Origin: a virus
Strand: one strand, 5' to 3'
Length of the DNA: 37,896 nt
Virus record (IMG/VR): IMGVR_UViG_3300049215_000050
Coordinates: 1 to 37,896 of that record
A program made the translations under genes and the position numbers. The notes under the pieces were generated by a model. The model searched no databases. It was given only the letters and a program-made list of their open reading frames with translations, and was not told the origin of the DNA. How positions within the stretch are numbered: the first letter of the stretch is position 1; each line of letters starts with the position of its first letter. Shown here in pieces: positions 7,394-16,290 of the stretch.

Positions 7394-7732
7394 ATGGCCC
7401 AGGCCGCCGCGAAATCCGTCCGAGACTCACTCGCTGAGGCGTTGAGGTACATCGTGGAAGCACAGACGGCACCCGATGCCGGCCCGATGCTCCCTGTTCT
7501 CAGCCAGCTTCATCAGGTGGTCTTGGGTGTGATCCGCGGTTCCGGTCAGCAGCCCGGAGCGGGAGGCCCGTCCTCCCCTCCGGGTGCTTCTCCGATGGGA
7601 CAGCCCATGGGCCAGTCCCCTCAACCCCCGCCGGGGATGCCGAACGCTCCCGGTCAGGGGATCTTCCCCCGCTCTCCGGTACCCAACGCCAATGAGATGC
7701 GCGCCATGCTCGGGAACAGGAACGGACTGTGA
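7394..7732 (+). CDS. Hypothetical Pro/Gly-rich protein (112 aa)
   Basis: High GC3, coupled to the scaffold-like gene, with a low-complexity PGQ-rich centre. Confidence 0.6.
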   Translation: MAQAAAKSVRDSLAEALRYIVEAQTAPDAGPMLPVLSQLHQVVLGVIRGSGQQPGAGGPSSPPGASPMGQPMGQSPQPPPGMPNAPGQGIFPRSPVPNANEMRAMLGNRNGL

Positions 7733-8586
7733 GCTTCACCGAACCCGCAGATGTCCAGAAGCAGCTCGAGGAAGCCTTCGGTGGCGAGCCCGAGCCGCTG
7801 AACCCGATCGAAGAAGTTCCTTCGGATCCAACTCCGGAGGAACCCCCCGCCCCGGTCGAGCCAGAGCCGACACCCGAGCCAGAGATTCCCGCGGCGGGGG
7901 AACTCGTCACACTGCCGAACGGTTCCCAGGTCACCCTGGAGCGGCTCCAGCAGCTCGCCCAGATCGACCAGGCGTTCCAGACCGATCCGGAGATCGCCCG
8001 AGCGATCACCGAGGTGGTCAGCCAGCGCGCCCCGCGCCTGACTCCCTCCCCGGCTCGGGAGCCACAGGTGGAGATCCCGGCCGATCTCCCCCCGCCGGAG
8101 CTCGACCTGGAGGACCCCACCGTCAAGGCGCTGTGGTCGGCACTCCAGTCCACCAAGGCAGAAGTCCAGGAGTGGAAGCGTTCGCAGTCCCAGGCCCAGG
8201 CACAGATGGCCTACCAGGCAATCGCCTCGGGCAAGGACGAGTTCGCCAAGAAGCACAACATCTCTCCTGACGAACTAGCTGTCATCGACATGCGCGCCGC
8301 GCAGATGATCGACCTGAACCGCCTGGCCCAGAGTCGCGGTGGAGATTTCAAATCGGCCACCGTCGAAGCGTTGGAGCTTGCGGCGCTGGCCGATCCCAAC
8401 TACCGGACGAAGTTCATCGCTCCGGCACCCGATGACACGAAGCGCAAGCAGAACCTGAATGCCCTGGCCGGTGGGTCGGGCGCGACACCTCGCAGTGAAC
8501 CCGATCCGTCAACCATGACCCCCGAGCAGCGAAAGCAGGCCATGATCACCGAGCTTGCCAACTCGCTCAAGGGTCAGAACTCGTAA
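7729..8586 (+). CDS. Putative scaffolding protein
   Basis: 285 aa, acidic, Pro/Glu-rich N-terminus and helical C-terminal half. Lies immediately upstream of the major capsid gene. No protease gene is present. Confidence 0.55.
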   Translation: MSFTEPADVQKQLEEAFGGEPEPLNPIEEVPSDPTPEEPPAPVEPEPTPEPEIPAAGELVTLPNGSQVTLERLQQLAQIDQAFQTDPEIARAITEVVSQRAPRLTPSPAREPQVEIPADLPPPELDLEDPTVKALWSALQSTKAEVQEWKRSQSQAQAQMAYQAIASGKDEFAKKHNISPDELAVIDMRAAQMIDLNRLAQSRGGDFKSATVEALELAALADPNYRTKFIAPAPDDTKRKQNLNALAGGSGATPRSEPDPSTMTPEQRKQAMITELANSLKGQNS

Positions 8587-8599
8587 GGAGCAGTAGGCC

Positions 8600-9562
8600 A
8601 TGGCCGTGCCTGTGGGTACCAATGTTGTCACGTCGATTTCCAGACGGTTCATCCTGAAGGACATCGCCGACAACATCTACAACTCGAATCCCCTGTTCTT
8701 CCGCCTGAACCGCATGGGGAAGAAGGTCGTCCAGGGCGGCTACCAGATCGAGCTCCCGGTCATGTACGCCCGGTTCGCAGCCGGCGGGTGGTACCAGGGC
8801 TACGACGCGCTCAACATCTCCCCGTCCGACACCGTGAAGAACGCGGCGTTCGACTGGAAGCAGGCGTATGTGCCTGTTACCGTGGACGGTCTCACGCTCA
8901 TCAAGGTGGATTCGCCGGAAGCCATCGCCAATTTCCTCTCCTTCTACTTCGCCCAGGCGGAGATGGAACTGGCTGAGGTCATCGGTTCGGCGCTGTGGGC
9001 CACGTCGGTCATCTCCAACCAGCCCGACTCGCTCCTCGCCGCCATCGACAACGGCACGGTGGCTGCCACCTACGGCGGGCTCACCCGAGCCTCCAACTCG
9101 TTCTGGAACGCCCAGTACGACTCGTCGTCCACGACGCCTTCGTTCGCCAACCTCCAGACGAACTTCGGCAACGCCACCTTCGGTGGACGGCACCCGACGA
9201 TCCTCATCACCGACCAGCACGTCTACAACGTGTACCTGGGGAACTTCACCTCCACGACCTACTTCGAGCGCGGCCCGGCCGGCTACGACGAGGTGCTGGC
9301 CCAGGGTGGGTGGACCAACGCCCTGTTCAACGGCATCCCCATCGTGGTGGACTCCCACGTCCCTCTCAACGGCTCGGCACACCGGCTGTTCGGGATCAAC
9401 GAGAACTACGCCTATCTGGTGGTCGCCCAGGGCGTGGACTTCAAGCTGGAGGACTTCCAGACGCCGGTCAACCAGGACGCCATGGTGTCGAAGATCTTCT
9501 GGACCGGCGACCTCTGCTTCAACAACGTCCAGACCAGCTTCCAGATGACGAACATCACCTGA
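8600..9562 (+). CDS. Major capsid protein (HK97-fold, T7-like size)
   Basis: 320 aa with a strong TAAGGAG RBS, positioned after the scaffold. The N-terminal pattern FILKDIADNIYNSNPLFFRL...GGYQIELPVMY is typical of podovirus-type coat proteins. Confidence 0.75.
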   Translation: MAVPVGTNVVTSISRRFILKDIADNIYNSNPLFFRLNRMGKKVVQGGYQIELPVMYARFAAGGWYQGYDALNISPSDTVKNAAFDWKQAYVPVTVDGLTLIKVDSPEAIANFLSFYFAQAEMELAEVIGSALWATSVISNQPDSLLAAIDNGTVAATYGGLTRASNSFWNAQYDSSSTTPSFANLQTNFGNATFGGRHPTILITDQHVYNVYLGNFTSTTYFERGPAGYDEVLAQGGWTNALFNGIPIVVDSHVPLNGSAHRLFGINENYAYLVVAQGVDFKLEDFQTPVNQDAMVSKIFWTGDLCFNNVQTSFQMTNIT

Positions 9563-9572
9563 GAGGACTCAG

Positions 9573-10001
9573 ATGCCTTCCACCCTCATCACCAACCCCA
9601 CCGCAGCCTTCGGGCTGTCCACCGTCGATGGTGTCGAGTACTACGTGGCGAAGAACACCACCACGAACGCGACCATCACCGCGGGGCTGCTCGTCATCGC
9701 GGACAACGCCAATCCCGGTGGGGTGAAGCCCTCGCTTCACACCTCCACCCAGGCGTACGTCATCGGCGTGGCCATGGACACCATCACGCCGGGATCGGTG
9801 GGCCGGGTCCAGACCGGCGGTTTCGCCACCGTGACCGCCGGGGCGACCGGAACGACCGCGGGGGTGCCGGTCCAGCAGGACGGCGCCACGGACGGCTGTG
9901 TGGCCGGGATCACGAACGCCGCGGTGCAGGCCACCATCGGCGTGGCCCTTGCCACCACTGCCTCGGGCAACACGCTCACCATCTGGGTCAACAAGGCATG
10001 A
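9573..10001 (+). CDS. Putative head decoration/cement protein (DUF2190-like)
   Basis: 142 aa directly after the capsid gene. AYVIGVAMDTITPGSVGRVQTGGFATV resembles the DUF2190 core. Confidence 0.5.
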   Translation: MPSTLITNPTAAFGLSTVDGVEYYVAKNTTTNATITAGLLVIADNANPGGVKPSLHTSTQAYVIGVAMDTITPGSVGRVQTGGFATVTAGATGTTAGVPVQQDGATDGCVAGITNAAVQATIGVALATTASGNTLTIWVNKA

Positions 10002-10609
10002 TCCTCCTCGAGCACCACTCGGTCATCGTCCACAACGACGACTCCATCGTCCTGCGTTGGCGCTGGGACGGTCACGAGTACGTCATCGCTCCGGGGACAT
10101 CGACCACCATCCCCTTTCCCCTTGCCTGCAAGGAGCTCGGAGATCCACGTTCGGGTGGCCAGGAGCAGGTGGTGAAACTCGAAGGCGGTCAGCTGCTCCG
10201 CATCCCCTCGCGGGAGTGGGAGCGCAAGCGCCTCGACGTGCTTTACGGCTGCTCGGCCCGGATCGTGGAGGCCAAGATGGAGCGCGGCGAGGTGCTCTCT
10301 GTCTCGGTGCCCGAGATTGCCCCCAAGGTCCGGGTGACCACAACGGACGGCGAGCCCATCTCGACGGTGATCGACGACTGGGAAGGCGACCGCCAGCTCA
10401 TCCTGCCATCTGACCTCGACTCCCCCGACGCCTTGCGGGCGCAGATCGCTCAGCAGCAGCGGCAGCTGGAGGAGCTGAAGCGGCTGTTCGAGGCGAGGAT
10501 CGCCAACCCCGACACGACCGACACCATCCCCGAGGACACGCCGGGTCAAGCCGTTTCGGTGCCAGTGTCCGAACCCCCGGTGGACAACCCGGTCACACTC
10601 GAGGTCTAG
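9998..10609 (+). CDS. Hypothetical virion-module protein (203 aa)
   Basis: ATGA-coupled, high GC3, C-terminal coiled-coil QIAQQQRQLEELKRLFE. Confidence 0.6.
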   Translation: MILLEHHSVIVHNDDSIVLRWRWDGHEYVIAPGTSTTIPFPLACKELGDPRSGGQEQVVKLEGGQLLRIPSREWERKRLDVLYGCSARIVEAKMERGEVLSVSVPEIAPKVRVTTTDGEPISTVIDDWEGDRQLILPSDLDSPDALRAQIAQQQRQLEELKRLFEARIANPDTTDTIPEDTPGQAVSVPVSEPPVDNPVTLEV

Positions 10610-10616
10610 TCCCCAT

Positions 10617-10644
10617 GACCGTCGCTTGGCGAGGGGCGACGGTC
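10617..10644 (+). other. Hairpin (9-bp perfect stem GACCGTCGC/GCGACGGTC, 10-nt loop)
   Basis: Lies between the stop at 10609 and the lysin gene and is followed by G/U-rich sequence. Possible attenuator or processing site. Confidence 0.35.
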
Positions 10645-11321
10645 TGGGTCTGGTGGTTGCCGTGGCTTACCTGACGATGTACGACTCCATCGCCGTCTCG
10701 GCTATCCCTCGGGATGCCAAGGCGGTGGCGGGGTACGTGGATGGACGCTGGCCCAACTTCCAGCAGATGTGCCAGATGTTCCCCGACGCGCTGCACGTCT
10801 CCATCGCCACATCACCCGGATCCTTCGCCCTGGTGCTCGACGTGGAGACGGGGGACGCCACCCCCGAACAAGCCCCTCCCTGGGTGGAGAGGATGCGTTC
10901 GCTCGGAGAGGTGGAGTCGTGGGTCTACTGCAACCGATCCACCTGGCCGCTCGTCATCGAAGCCTTCACCCAGGCGAACGTGGCTCCTCCGAGGTACTGG
11001 ATCGCCACCGCCGACAACAACCCCATCCCACCGCCGGGGGCAGACGCCTGCCAGTATGCCCAGGGGGGATCGGGTTCCTACGACATCTCGTCCTGGCCGG
11101 CGCCGGCCCCGAACTACGTGGAGGACTCCGTGATCGAACTGAGCGAGAAGGGACCGAACGGCGAGCCCGTCATCCTGGCTGTCGGTGCCGGCGGGAGCAC
11201 CCCCCAGGGGCATCTGCTGAAGATCACCCTTGAAGCCGACCCCAAGCAGGACTCGGTGATCGACCTCACCGAAGCCATCGCCCAGGCCAACCCCGGCTGG
11301 ACGCTCCTGGTGGCGCCGTGA
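10626..11321 (+). CDS. Putative endolysin (Rv2525c/DUF1906-like glycoside-hydrolase-type domain)
   Basis: YDSIAVSAIPRDAKAVAGYVDGRWPN...LVLDVETGDATPEQ...YWIATADN pattern. A holin-like gene follows. Start is uncertain (TTG 10626, GTG 10653 or ATG 10677). Confidence 0.5.
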   Translation: MARGDGLGLVVAVAYLTMYDSIAVSAIPRDAKAVAGYVDGRWPNFQQMCQMFPDALHVSIATSPGSFALVLDVETGDATPEQAPPWVERMRSLGEVESWVYCNRSTWPLVIEAFTQANVAPPRYWIATADNNPIPPPGADACQYAQGGSGSYDISSWPAPAPNYVEDSVIELSEKGPNGEPVILAVGAGGSTPQGHLLKITLEADPKQDSVIDLTEAIAQANPGWTLLVAP

Positions 11322-11572
11322 ACTGGACCGCCATCGGGCACATGGTCCTCGCCCTCGGGGTGCTCGCGGCAGTTTGCACATTGGCAGCCATCGGCACCAT
11401 CACTGGCAATGACGCCTTCACAGTGATCGTGGGTGTTGCAATCGGCGGTGGGGTCTACGCCGGGGCCAACCTGGGAACGGCCGGCACGCCTGCCCCCCAG
11501 CCCCCGGTCGTGACTCCTCCGGTCGCCCAGCCCACCCCCATCGGCGTGGGGCCGCAGGCGAGCGTTGGCTGA
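11318..11572 (+). CDS. Putative holin (two transmembrane segments)
   Basis: 84 aa, GTGA-coupled to the lysin. Hydrophobic stretches IGHMVLALGVLAAVCTLAAIG and FTVIVGVAIGGGVYAGANLG, with a Pro-rich tail. Confidence 0.5.
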   Translation: MNWTAIGHMVLALGVLAAVCTLAAIGTITGNDAFTVIVGVAIGGGVYAGANLGTAGTPAPQPPVVTPPVAQPTPIGVGPQASVG

Positions 11573-11897
11573 TTTCAAGGGGTACGTCACCCAGGAGATC
11601 CCGACGCTCATCGAGCGCCTGGCCTTCGTGCAAACACGGTTGGCCAATCTGGCTTTGGAGATCGCCAACATCGAGATCGACGAGCACAAGGAGAAGACGG
11701 AAGCCTACGTGCGCTCCGAGCACACGTCGGTTACCGACCGCCGCAACTCCGCGTCGTTCCAGGCGCTTCACATCTCGACCGAGATCATCAAGCTGAAGGG
11801 CGAGCGGACGCAGCTAGAGGAGGAGAAGTCGTTCCTCCTCTCCTTGATCGGGTGGCGGATCGCCCTTTCCAAGTCGCTGTCAGAGGTGGGGGTTTGA
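11565..11897 (+). CDS. Hypothetical coiled-coil protein (110 aa)
   Basis: High GC3, TTG start overlapping the holin stop. Confidence 0.5.
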   Translation: MADFKGYVTQEIPTLIERLAFVQTRLANLALEIANIEIDEHKEKTEAYVRSEHTSVTDRRNSASFQALHISTEIIKLKGERTQLEEEKSFLLSLIGWRIALSKSLSEVGV

Positions 11898-12179
11898 GTG
11901 TTCGTCGGTTCCCAGGTGAGCGTGACGAGCACCGCAGCGGCGCTGTGGAACTCGGTCAACGCCGGTAGTTACGCAGACCCAATCCCGGTCATAGCCAAGA
12001 ACCAGGACCCCGCCTACTCGGTGTGGTTGGGTGGGGCGTCGGTAGCGACGTCGGGACAGAACGTCGGCTACGAGCTCGAGGCCGGCAACGTCATCAACCT
12101 GAACGTCTGGGGCAACGACGTCATCTACGCCGTGTCCAACGGTTCGGTTCGGGTGGACGTGCTCATAGGGCACCAGTGA
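11898..12179 (+). CDS. Small beta-rich protein (93 aa), paralog-like to 16018..16290
   Basis: GTG start directly after the previous stop. Shares the motif V[WY][LV]G...G..[LI]E...[IL]Y.V.S.G with the 16018 product. Confidence 0.55.
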   Translation: MFVGSQVSVTSTAAALWNSVNAGSYADPIPVIAKNQDPAYSVWLGGASVATSGQNVGYELEAGNVINLNVWGNDVIYAVSNGSVRVDVLIGHQ

Positions 12180-13579
12180 TGGCGAATAACTCCGTCATCC
12201 CCGCCCCCCCGCAGACCGGAGGCCCGGCCGAGGTCTCGATCTACAACGGCCCCGACAAGACCATCTTCGGATCGCAGTTCTCCGAGCCGTTGCGTGATGA
12301 CATCTCGACCGACTTCTCCACCACCATCTCCACCAGTCTGATCGCCATCTCGACGGCCAACGGCGGCACGGTCACGAACTCGAACGCCCAGGCGGTGCTT
12401 TCTTCGGGCACAGCGACCAACGGCGCTGCTTCCATGCAGACCTTCGCCGTGATCCGCTATCGGCCCGGCCACGAAGGCAGAGCGGTATTCACCGCCACCT
12501 TCACCACCGGAGTAGCCGGATGCAGTCAGTACATGGGCGCCTACGACGTGAACAACGGCTTCTACCTGGGATTCGCCGGAGCGACGTTCGTGGTGGCCAG
12601 ACGCTCTGCCGGGGTGGACACCCAGATCGCCCAGGCCAACTGGAACGGGAACCTCACCTCGGCCTACACCCGAAATGGGGCGGTCGAAGCACTCGACTTC
12701 ACCAAGGGAGACGTCTACCGGATCCGCTACGGACTCCTCGGGAACGCCATCATCAACTTCGAGGTTCTGTCGCCGGATGGGATCTGGTGCCTCATGCATC
12801 AGATCAAGTTCCCGAACTCCTCCACCTCTGCTTCGATCCAGATCTTCTCGAATCCCATGCGGGCTGAGGTCACGAAGACTTCGGGGGCGACTTCCCTCAC
12901 GCTCAAGTCGTCGTCGTGGAACGGCGGCATCCTCTCCATCCCCCAGAACCGGATCGACGAGGGGAACTCCACCTTCGTCCCGCTCAACTCTGGTCAGTCG
13001 TTCACCGGGAGCCCGTGGATCGACGCTCTTCCCTATTCCGGTTTTACGGTGCTGGTGAACACCGACAAGAACGGACTGCTCTACTGCGACTACTCGGCCG
13101 ACGCATTGACCGTCGATCAAACGGACACTTTGCCGGTTGTCGCTCTGGAACCGCTGTTCGAGTACCTGCCCTCCAAAGCCCGATTCGTTCGCATCCGATT
13201 CAGCAACAACTCCGGGTCGAATCAGACATATCTTCGCATCCAGACGATCCTAAAGCTCAACCCCCCTGAGTCGTTCCTGGCTGCGCTCAATCAGGTCTAC
13301 GTGAGGACGACTCCGGTCACCGGAACAGCAGCGAGACAGGTGGACACCAACCAGCTCTCCGGGCGCAAGACCGTCGCCATCAAGTACCGGGCTGACGGGA
13401 CGAACAACTCACGAGCCTTCATCTCCAATCTCTCCACCATCACCAACTCGGGCGGCAACGCCTGGTCGTTGGAGCTCGGAGAGTCCATCACCCTGGCCAC
13501 GACCGAGCAGGTGAACTGGTACTGCGTGCTCTCCGCTGGAGCAACGGGGACCATCGAGGCGATCGACGTGGCCAGCTGA
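12179..13579 (+). CDS. Putative tail fibre/receptor-binding structural protein (466 aa)
   Basis: ATG 12179 overlaps the previous TGA. Ser/Thr/Asn-rich with a beta-sandwich-like composition (RYRPGHEGRAVFTATF..., NGFYLGFAG). Confidence 0.6.
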   Translation: MANNSVIPAPPQTGGPAEVSIYNGPDKTIFGSQFSEPLRDDISTDFSTTISTSLIAISTANGGTVTNSNAQAVLSSGTATNGAASMQTFAVIRYRPGHEGRAVFTATFTTGVAGCSQYMGAYDVNNGFYLGFAGATFVVARRSAGVDTQIAQANWNGNLTSAYTRNGAVEALDFTKGDVYRIRYGLLGNAIINFEVLSPDGIWCLMHQIKFPNSSTSASIQIFSNPMRAEVTKTSGATSLTLKSSSWNGGILSIPQNRIDEGNSTFVPLNSGQSFTGSPWIDALPYSGFTVLVNTDKNGLLYCDYSADALTVDQTDTLPVVALEPLFEYLPSKARFVRIRFSNNSGSNQTYLRIQTILKLNPPESFLAALNQVYVRTTPVTGTAARQVDTNQLSGRKTVAIKYRADGTNNSRAFISNLSTITNSGGNAWSLELGESITLATTEQVNWYCVLSAGATGTIEAIDVAS

Positions 13580-14508
13580 TGGCTACACCGGGAGCGGGAT
13601 ACACCCGCATCTACACCCGTCAGCCGGCGTCGGTGAAGACCGGCGGTGGTTCGACCCCGACCACCAACCCTTCCGAATCGTGGACACTCAGCATCTCTCC
13701 CCAGGACACGAACTCGACCCCGACCGAAGTCTTCCTCTCGACGTTCACAGTCACGGGATCGGACACCAACTCCACACCATCGGAAGCGGTGCTCATGCAG
13801 ATCATCGGACTCTCGGACACCATCTCCACTCCGACCGAAGCCTGGACCCGCACCGTTACCTGGGCCACGGCAGGGAACTACCAGGTCGCTTTCCCCGCCG
13901 CCACGCTCACCATCGCTTCGCAGGGCGGAGGAGGGTCGGGAGCGGGAACGGCATCGGGGGCCACGTCTTCGGGTGGCGGCGGAGCAGGAGCGGGGTACGG
14001 CTCGTCCTCCACCACTCTGGGAGCCGGTACTTACACCGTCAATGTCGGGGCGGCAGGAGTCGGGGCTTCCGGCGACAACGGGACCTCAGGTGGGGACTCC
14101 TGGTTCAATACCACCAACACCGAGGTCGGAGCCACCCCCATCGCAAGGGGGGGGCCAGCGGCAGTCGGCACGGTGGCTGGGACGGCCCCCAACACCAACG
14201 TCGGGAACATCACCACCCACAACGGCGGGAACGGCGCCGCGGGGTCACTGTCGGCCGCAGGCGGAGGTGGAGCAGGATCCGCCGGCTCGACGGGCACAGG
14301 CGGGAACGCCAGCTCGTCTACAGGCGGGACGGCCGGGGCCGGAGGCGGGGCTACGGGCGGAGCCGGCGGGGCGCTCCTCGGCGGTGCTGGAGGCACAGGC
14401 GGCACACCGGGAGCAGGTGGTGGTGGGGCGGGGAACTCGCTCACATCGGCCGAGACCGGGGGATCGGGTGGTCCGGGGAAGGTCACCGTGTCGTGGAGCA
14501 ACGCATGA
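13579..14508 (+). CDS. Glycine-rich-domain minor tail/fibre protein
   Basis: WATAGNYQVAFPAATLTIASQGGGGSGAG...GAGTYTVNVGAAGVG...GGDSWF is the glycine-rich domain pattern common in actinophage minor tail proteins. N-terminus has a 3x DT(N/I)STP(T/S)E repeat. Confidence 0.7.
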   Translation: MATPGAGYTRIYTRQPASVKTGGGSTPTTNPSESWTLSISPQDTNSTPTEVFLSTFTVTGSDTNSTPSEAVLMQIIGLSDTISTPTEAWTRTVTWATAGNYQVAFPAATLTIASQGGGGSGAGTASGATSSGGGGAGAGYGSSSTTLGAGTYTVNVGAAGVGASGDNGTSGGDSWFNTTNTEVGATPIARGGPAAVGTVAGTAPNTNVGNITTHNGGNGAAGSLSAAGGGGAGSAGSTGTGGNASSSTGGTAGAGGGATGGAGGALLGGAGGTGGTPGAGGGGAGNSLTSAETGGSGGPGKVTVSWSNA

Positions 14509-14521
14509 GAGGATTGTCCCT

Positions 14522-14788
14522 GTGAGCAGCGTGAGCGTCATCCTCGGGCCCTCGGTGCTCGACCACGACCACAAGCTGGTGAAGGTAGGCCACGAAGGCG
14601 ACCAGGCCATCTTCCAGTGCGATACCTGGAAGGTCCTCACCGCCGAGGATGGCAGCCAGATCCGCCAGCTCGAGTGCGGCTACGCCGAGCTCCAGCCGAC
14701 CACCGAGGACGAAGCCGTGGCCTTCGACCGCCAGCGTCACATCGACCACTTGGAAGCCACCCTGGCCGCGCTCAAGGACCAGGCGTGA
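14522..14788 (+). CDS. Hypothetical small protein (88 aa)
   Basis: GTG start (14522 or 14531) after a GAGAGGA RBS. High GC3, GTGA-coupled to the next gene. It is the tail end of the spurious fused ORF 13646..14788. Confidence 0.5.
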   Translation: MSSVSVILGPSVLDHDHKLVKVGHEGDQAIFQCDTWKVLTAEDGSQIRQLECGYAELQPTTEDEAVAFDRQRHIDHLEATLAALKDQA

Positions 14789-15372
14789 ACCCCGAACAGC
14801 TCCTCGACTGCCCCGAGTCTTTCCACCTGGACGACGCCGGGCTGTACCTCCCGTCGAAGGGATCGCTCACTTGTCAAGGACTTGGCCTCGTCTACCGGGC
14901 CACGGACGGGCTGTGCGTGGACGGCTTCGAGTTCTCGAACCGCATCGTGGACAACGGCAAGTCGGTGATCCTGGGCCAGCTGTTCGGACAGAACGTGAGC
15001 GGCCTCTACACCACTACCCCGTTCACCTACCCGGCTCCGATGAACAGCCTCGGCGTCGGGGTCGGTACAACGGCATCGGCCAACACCGACTTCCAGCTGG
15101 CGACCTCTACCGCTCCGTCGATCATCTCCATCGCCACCTACGCCATGACGGCATCGACGGGTACCGGAGCAGCGACGGCGGTTGTCACCGCGACGTGGGG
15201 GACGGGTGTCGCCAACTTTGTGTGGGCTGAGTTCGGCATTTTCAACGGAACCGTGAATGGCACGTCCATAATGCTCGACCACAACACGTCGGGTGACTCC
15301 CCTGCTTTTGGCACGTTCAACAAGACGACGGCTGTGTCCATACAGCTCCAAATAACGATCTCGCAATCTTGA
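14785..15372 (+). CDS. Putative fibre/receptor-binding protein (195 aa)
   Basis: GTG 14785 inside ORF 14617..15372. Thr/Ala/Gly-rich beta-type composition, located in the fibre module. Confidence 0.5.
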   Translation: MNPEQLLDCPESFHLDDAGLYLPSKGSLTCQGLGLVYRATDGLCVDGFEFSNRIVDNGKSVILGQLFGQNVSGLYTTTPFTYPAPMNSLGVGVGTTASANTDFQLATSTAPSIISIATYAMTASTGTGAATAVVTATWGTGVANFVWAEFGIFNGTVNGTSIMLDHNTSGDSPAFGTFNKTTAVSIQLQITISQS

Positions 15373-15403
15373 TGCTCGTTATGGTACAGCCGAGGTTTCT
15401 CCA

Positions 15404-16018
15404 ATGACTGAACACAGAGTCGTCATGGCGCTTCCGATCTACGGACAGATGCCCGTGCCGGCGGCCATCCACATGGCTGTCCTCATGCAGAAGTCGGCAG
15501 CGGCAGGAGTTCTCTCGGGACTCACCTACTGCCAGAACGCCATGGTGGACTTCGCCCGAAACCAGTGCGTCGAGAACGTGTTGGAGCACGAATCCGAGCC
15601 CACGCACATCTTCTGGCTGGACGGTGACATCGTGGCTCCGAACGACGCCATCGAACGTCTACTCGAGCACGACACCGACATCGCCTCGGGGCTCTATCAC
15701 CGCAAGGACCCGCCCCACATCCCCGTCGTCTACACGCTCGATCCCTTCCAGAATGTTCCCGACTTCGACATCGAGAAGGTGCAGACCGTCGAAGGGACGG
15801 GAATGGGATGTCTCCTCGTCCGCACCCAGGTCTACAAGGACATGGCCGAGAAGTACGGGGACCGGGCCTGGCACCAGGCCATGTACCCGACCGGGGGCGA
15901 GGACGTGTGGTTCTTCGGTCGATGCAAGGAGATGGGGGTCGAGACGATCATGGACCCCCGTATCCGCTGCGGTCACATGAAGGAGACCATGATCACCACC
16001 GAGGACTGGAAGCGGTGA
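15404..16018 (+). CDS. GT-A fold glycosyltransferase (family 2-like)
   Basis: DXD-type motif IFWLDGDIV; GTGMGCLLVRTQVY; GGEDVWFFGRCKEMG. 204 aa. Confidence 0.75.
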   Translation: MTEHRVVMALPIYGQMPVPAAIHMAVLMQKSAAAGVLSGLTYCQNAMVDFARNQCVENVLEHESEPTHIFWLDGDIVAPNDAIERLLEHDTDIASGLYHRKDPPHIPVVYTLDPFQNVPDFDIEKVQTVEGTGMGCLLVRTQVYKDMAEKYGDRAWHQAMYPTGGEDVWFFGRCKEMGVETIMDPRIRCGHMKETMITTEDWKR

Positions 16019-16290
16019 TGGAAGCGTCGAGGACCGGACAGGTGATCGCCAAGTCGGAACCTGATCTGGTACTGCCGGCCAACCCTTTCCGCCTTCGGGC
16101 CGAGATCCGAAACATCGGGACCTCGCGTGTCTATGTCGGGGTCGATGCCAAGGTGGACAGCACCACAGGGCATATCATCGAGCCCAACGCGAAGTTCACA
16201 ATGAAGGGGAAGGGTCCGCTCTACGTCGTGGCCTCGGGACTCACGGGACAGACGGTGAGCTTCTTCGAGGAGTCGGAAGACGATGGCTAA
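16018..16290 (+). CDS. Small beta-rich protein (90 aa), paralog-like to 11898..12179
   Basis: ATG 16018 overlaps the glycosyltransferase TGA. VYVGVDAKVDSTTGHIIEPNAKFTMKGKGPLYVVASG. Confidence 0.55.
   Translation: MEASRTGQVIAKSEPDLVLPANPFRLRAEIRNIGTSRVYVGVDAKVDSTTGHIIEPNAKFTMKGKGPLYVVASGLTGQTVSFFEESEDDG

Noticed and set aside
10614-10673. 19-aa Trp-rich micro-ORF (MTVAWRGATVWVWWLPWLT) ahead of the lysin.
   Set aside because: It has no RBS, lies across the 10617-10644 hairpin, and its composition reflects the G/T-rich terminator-like tail.
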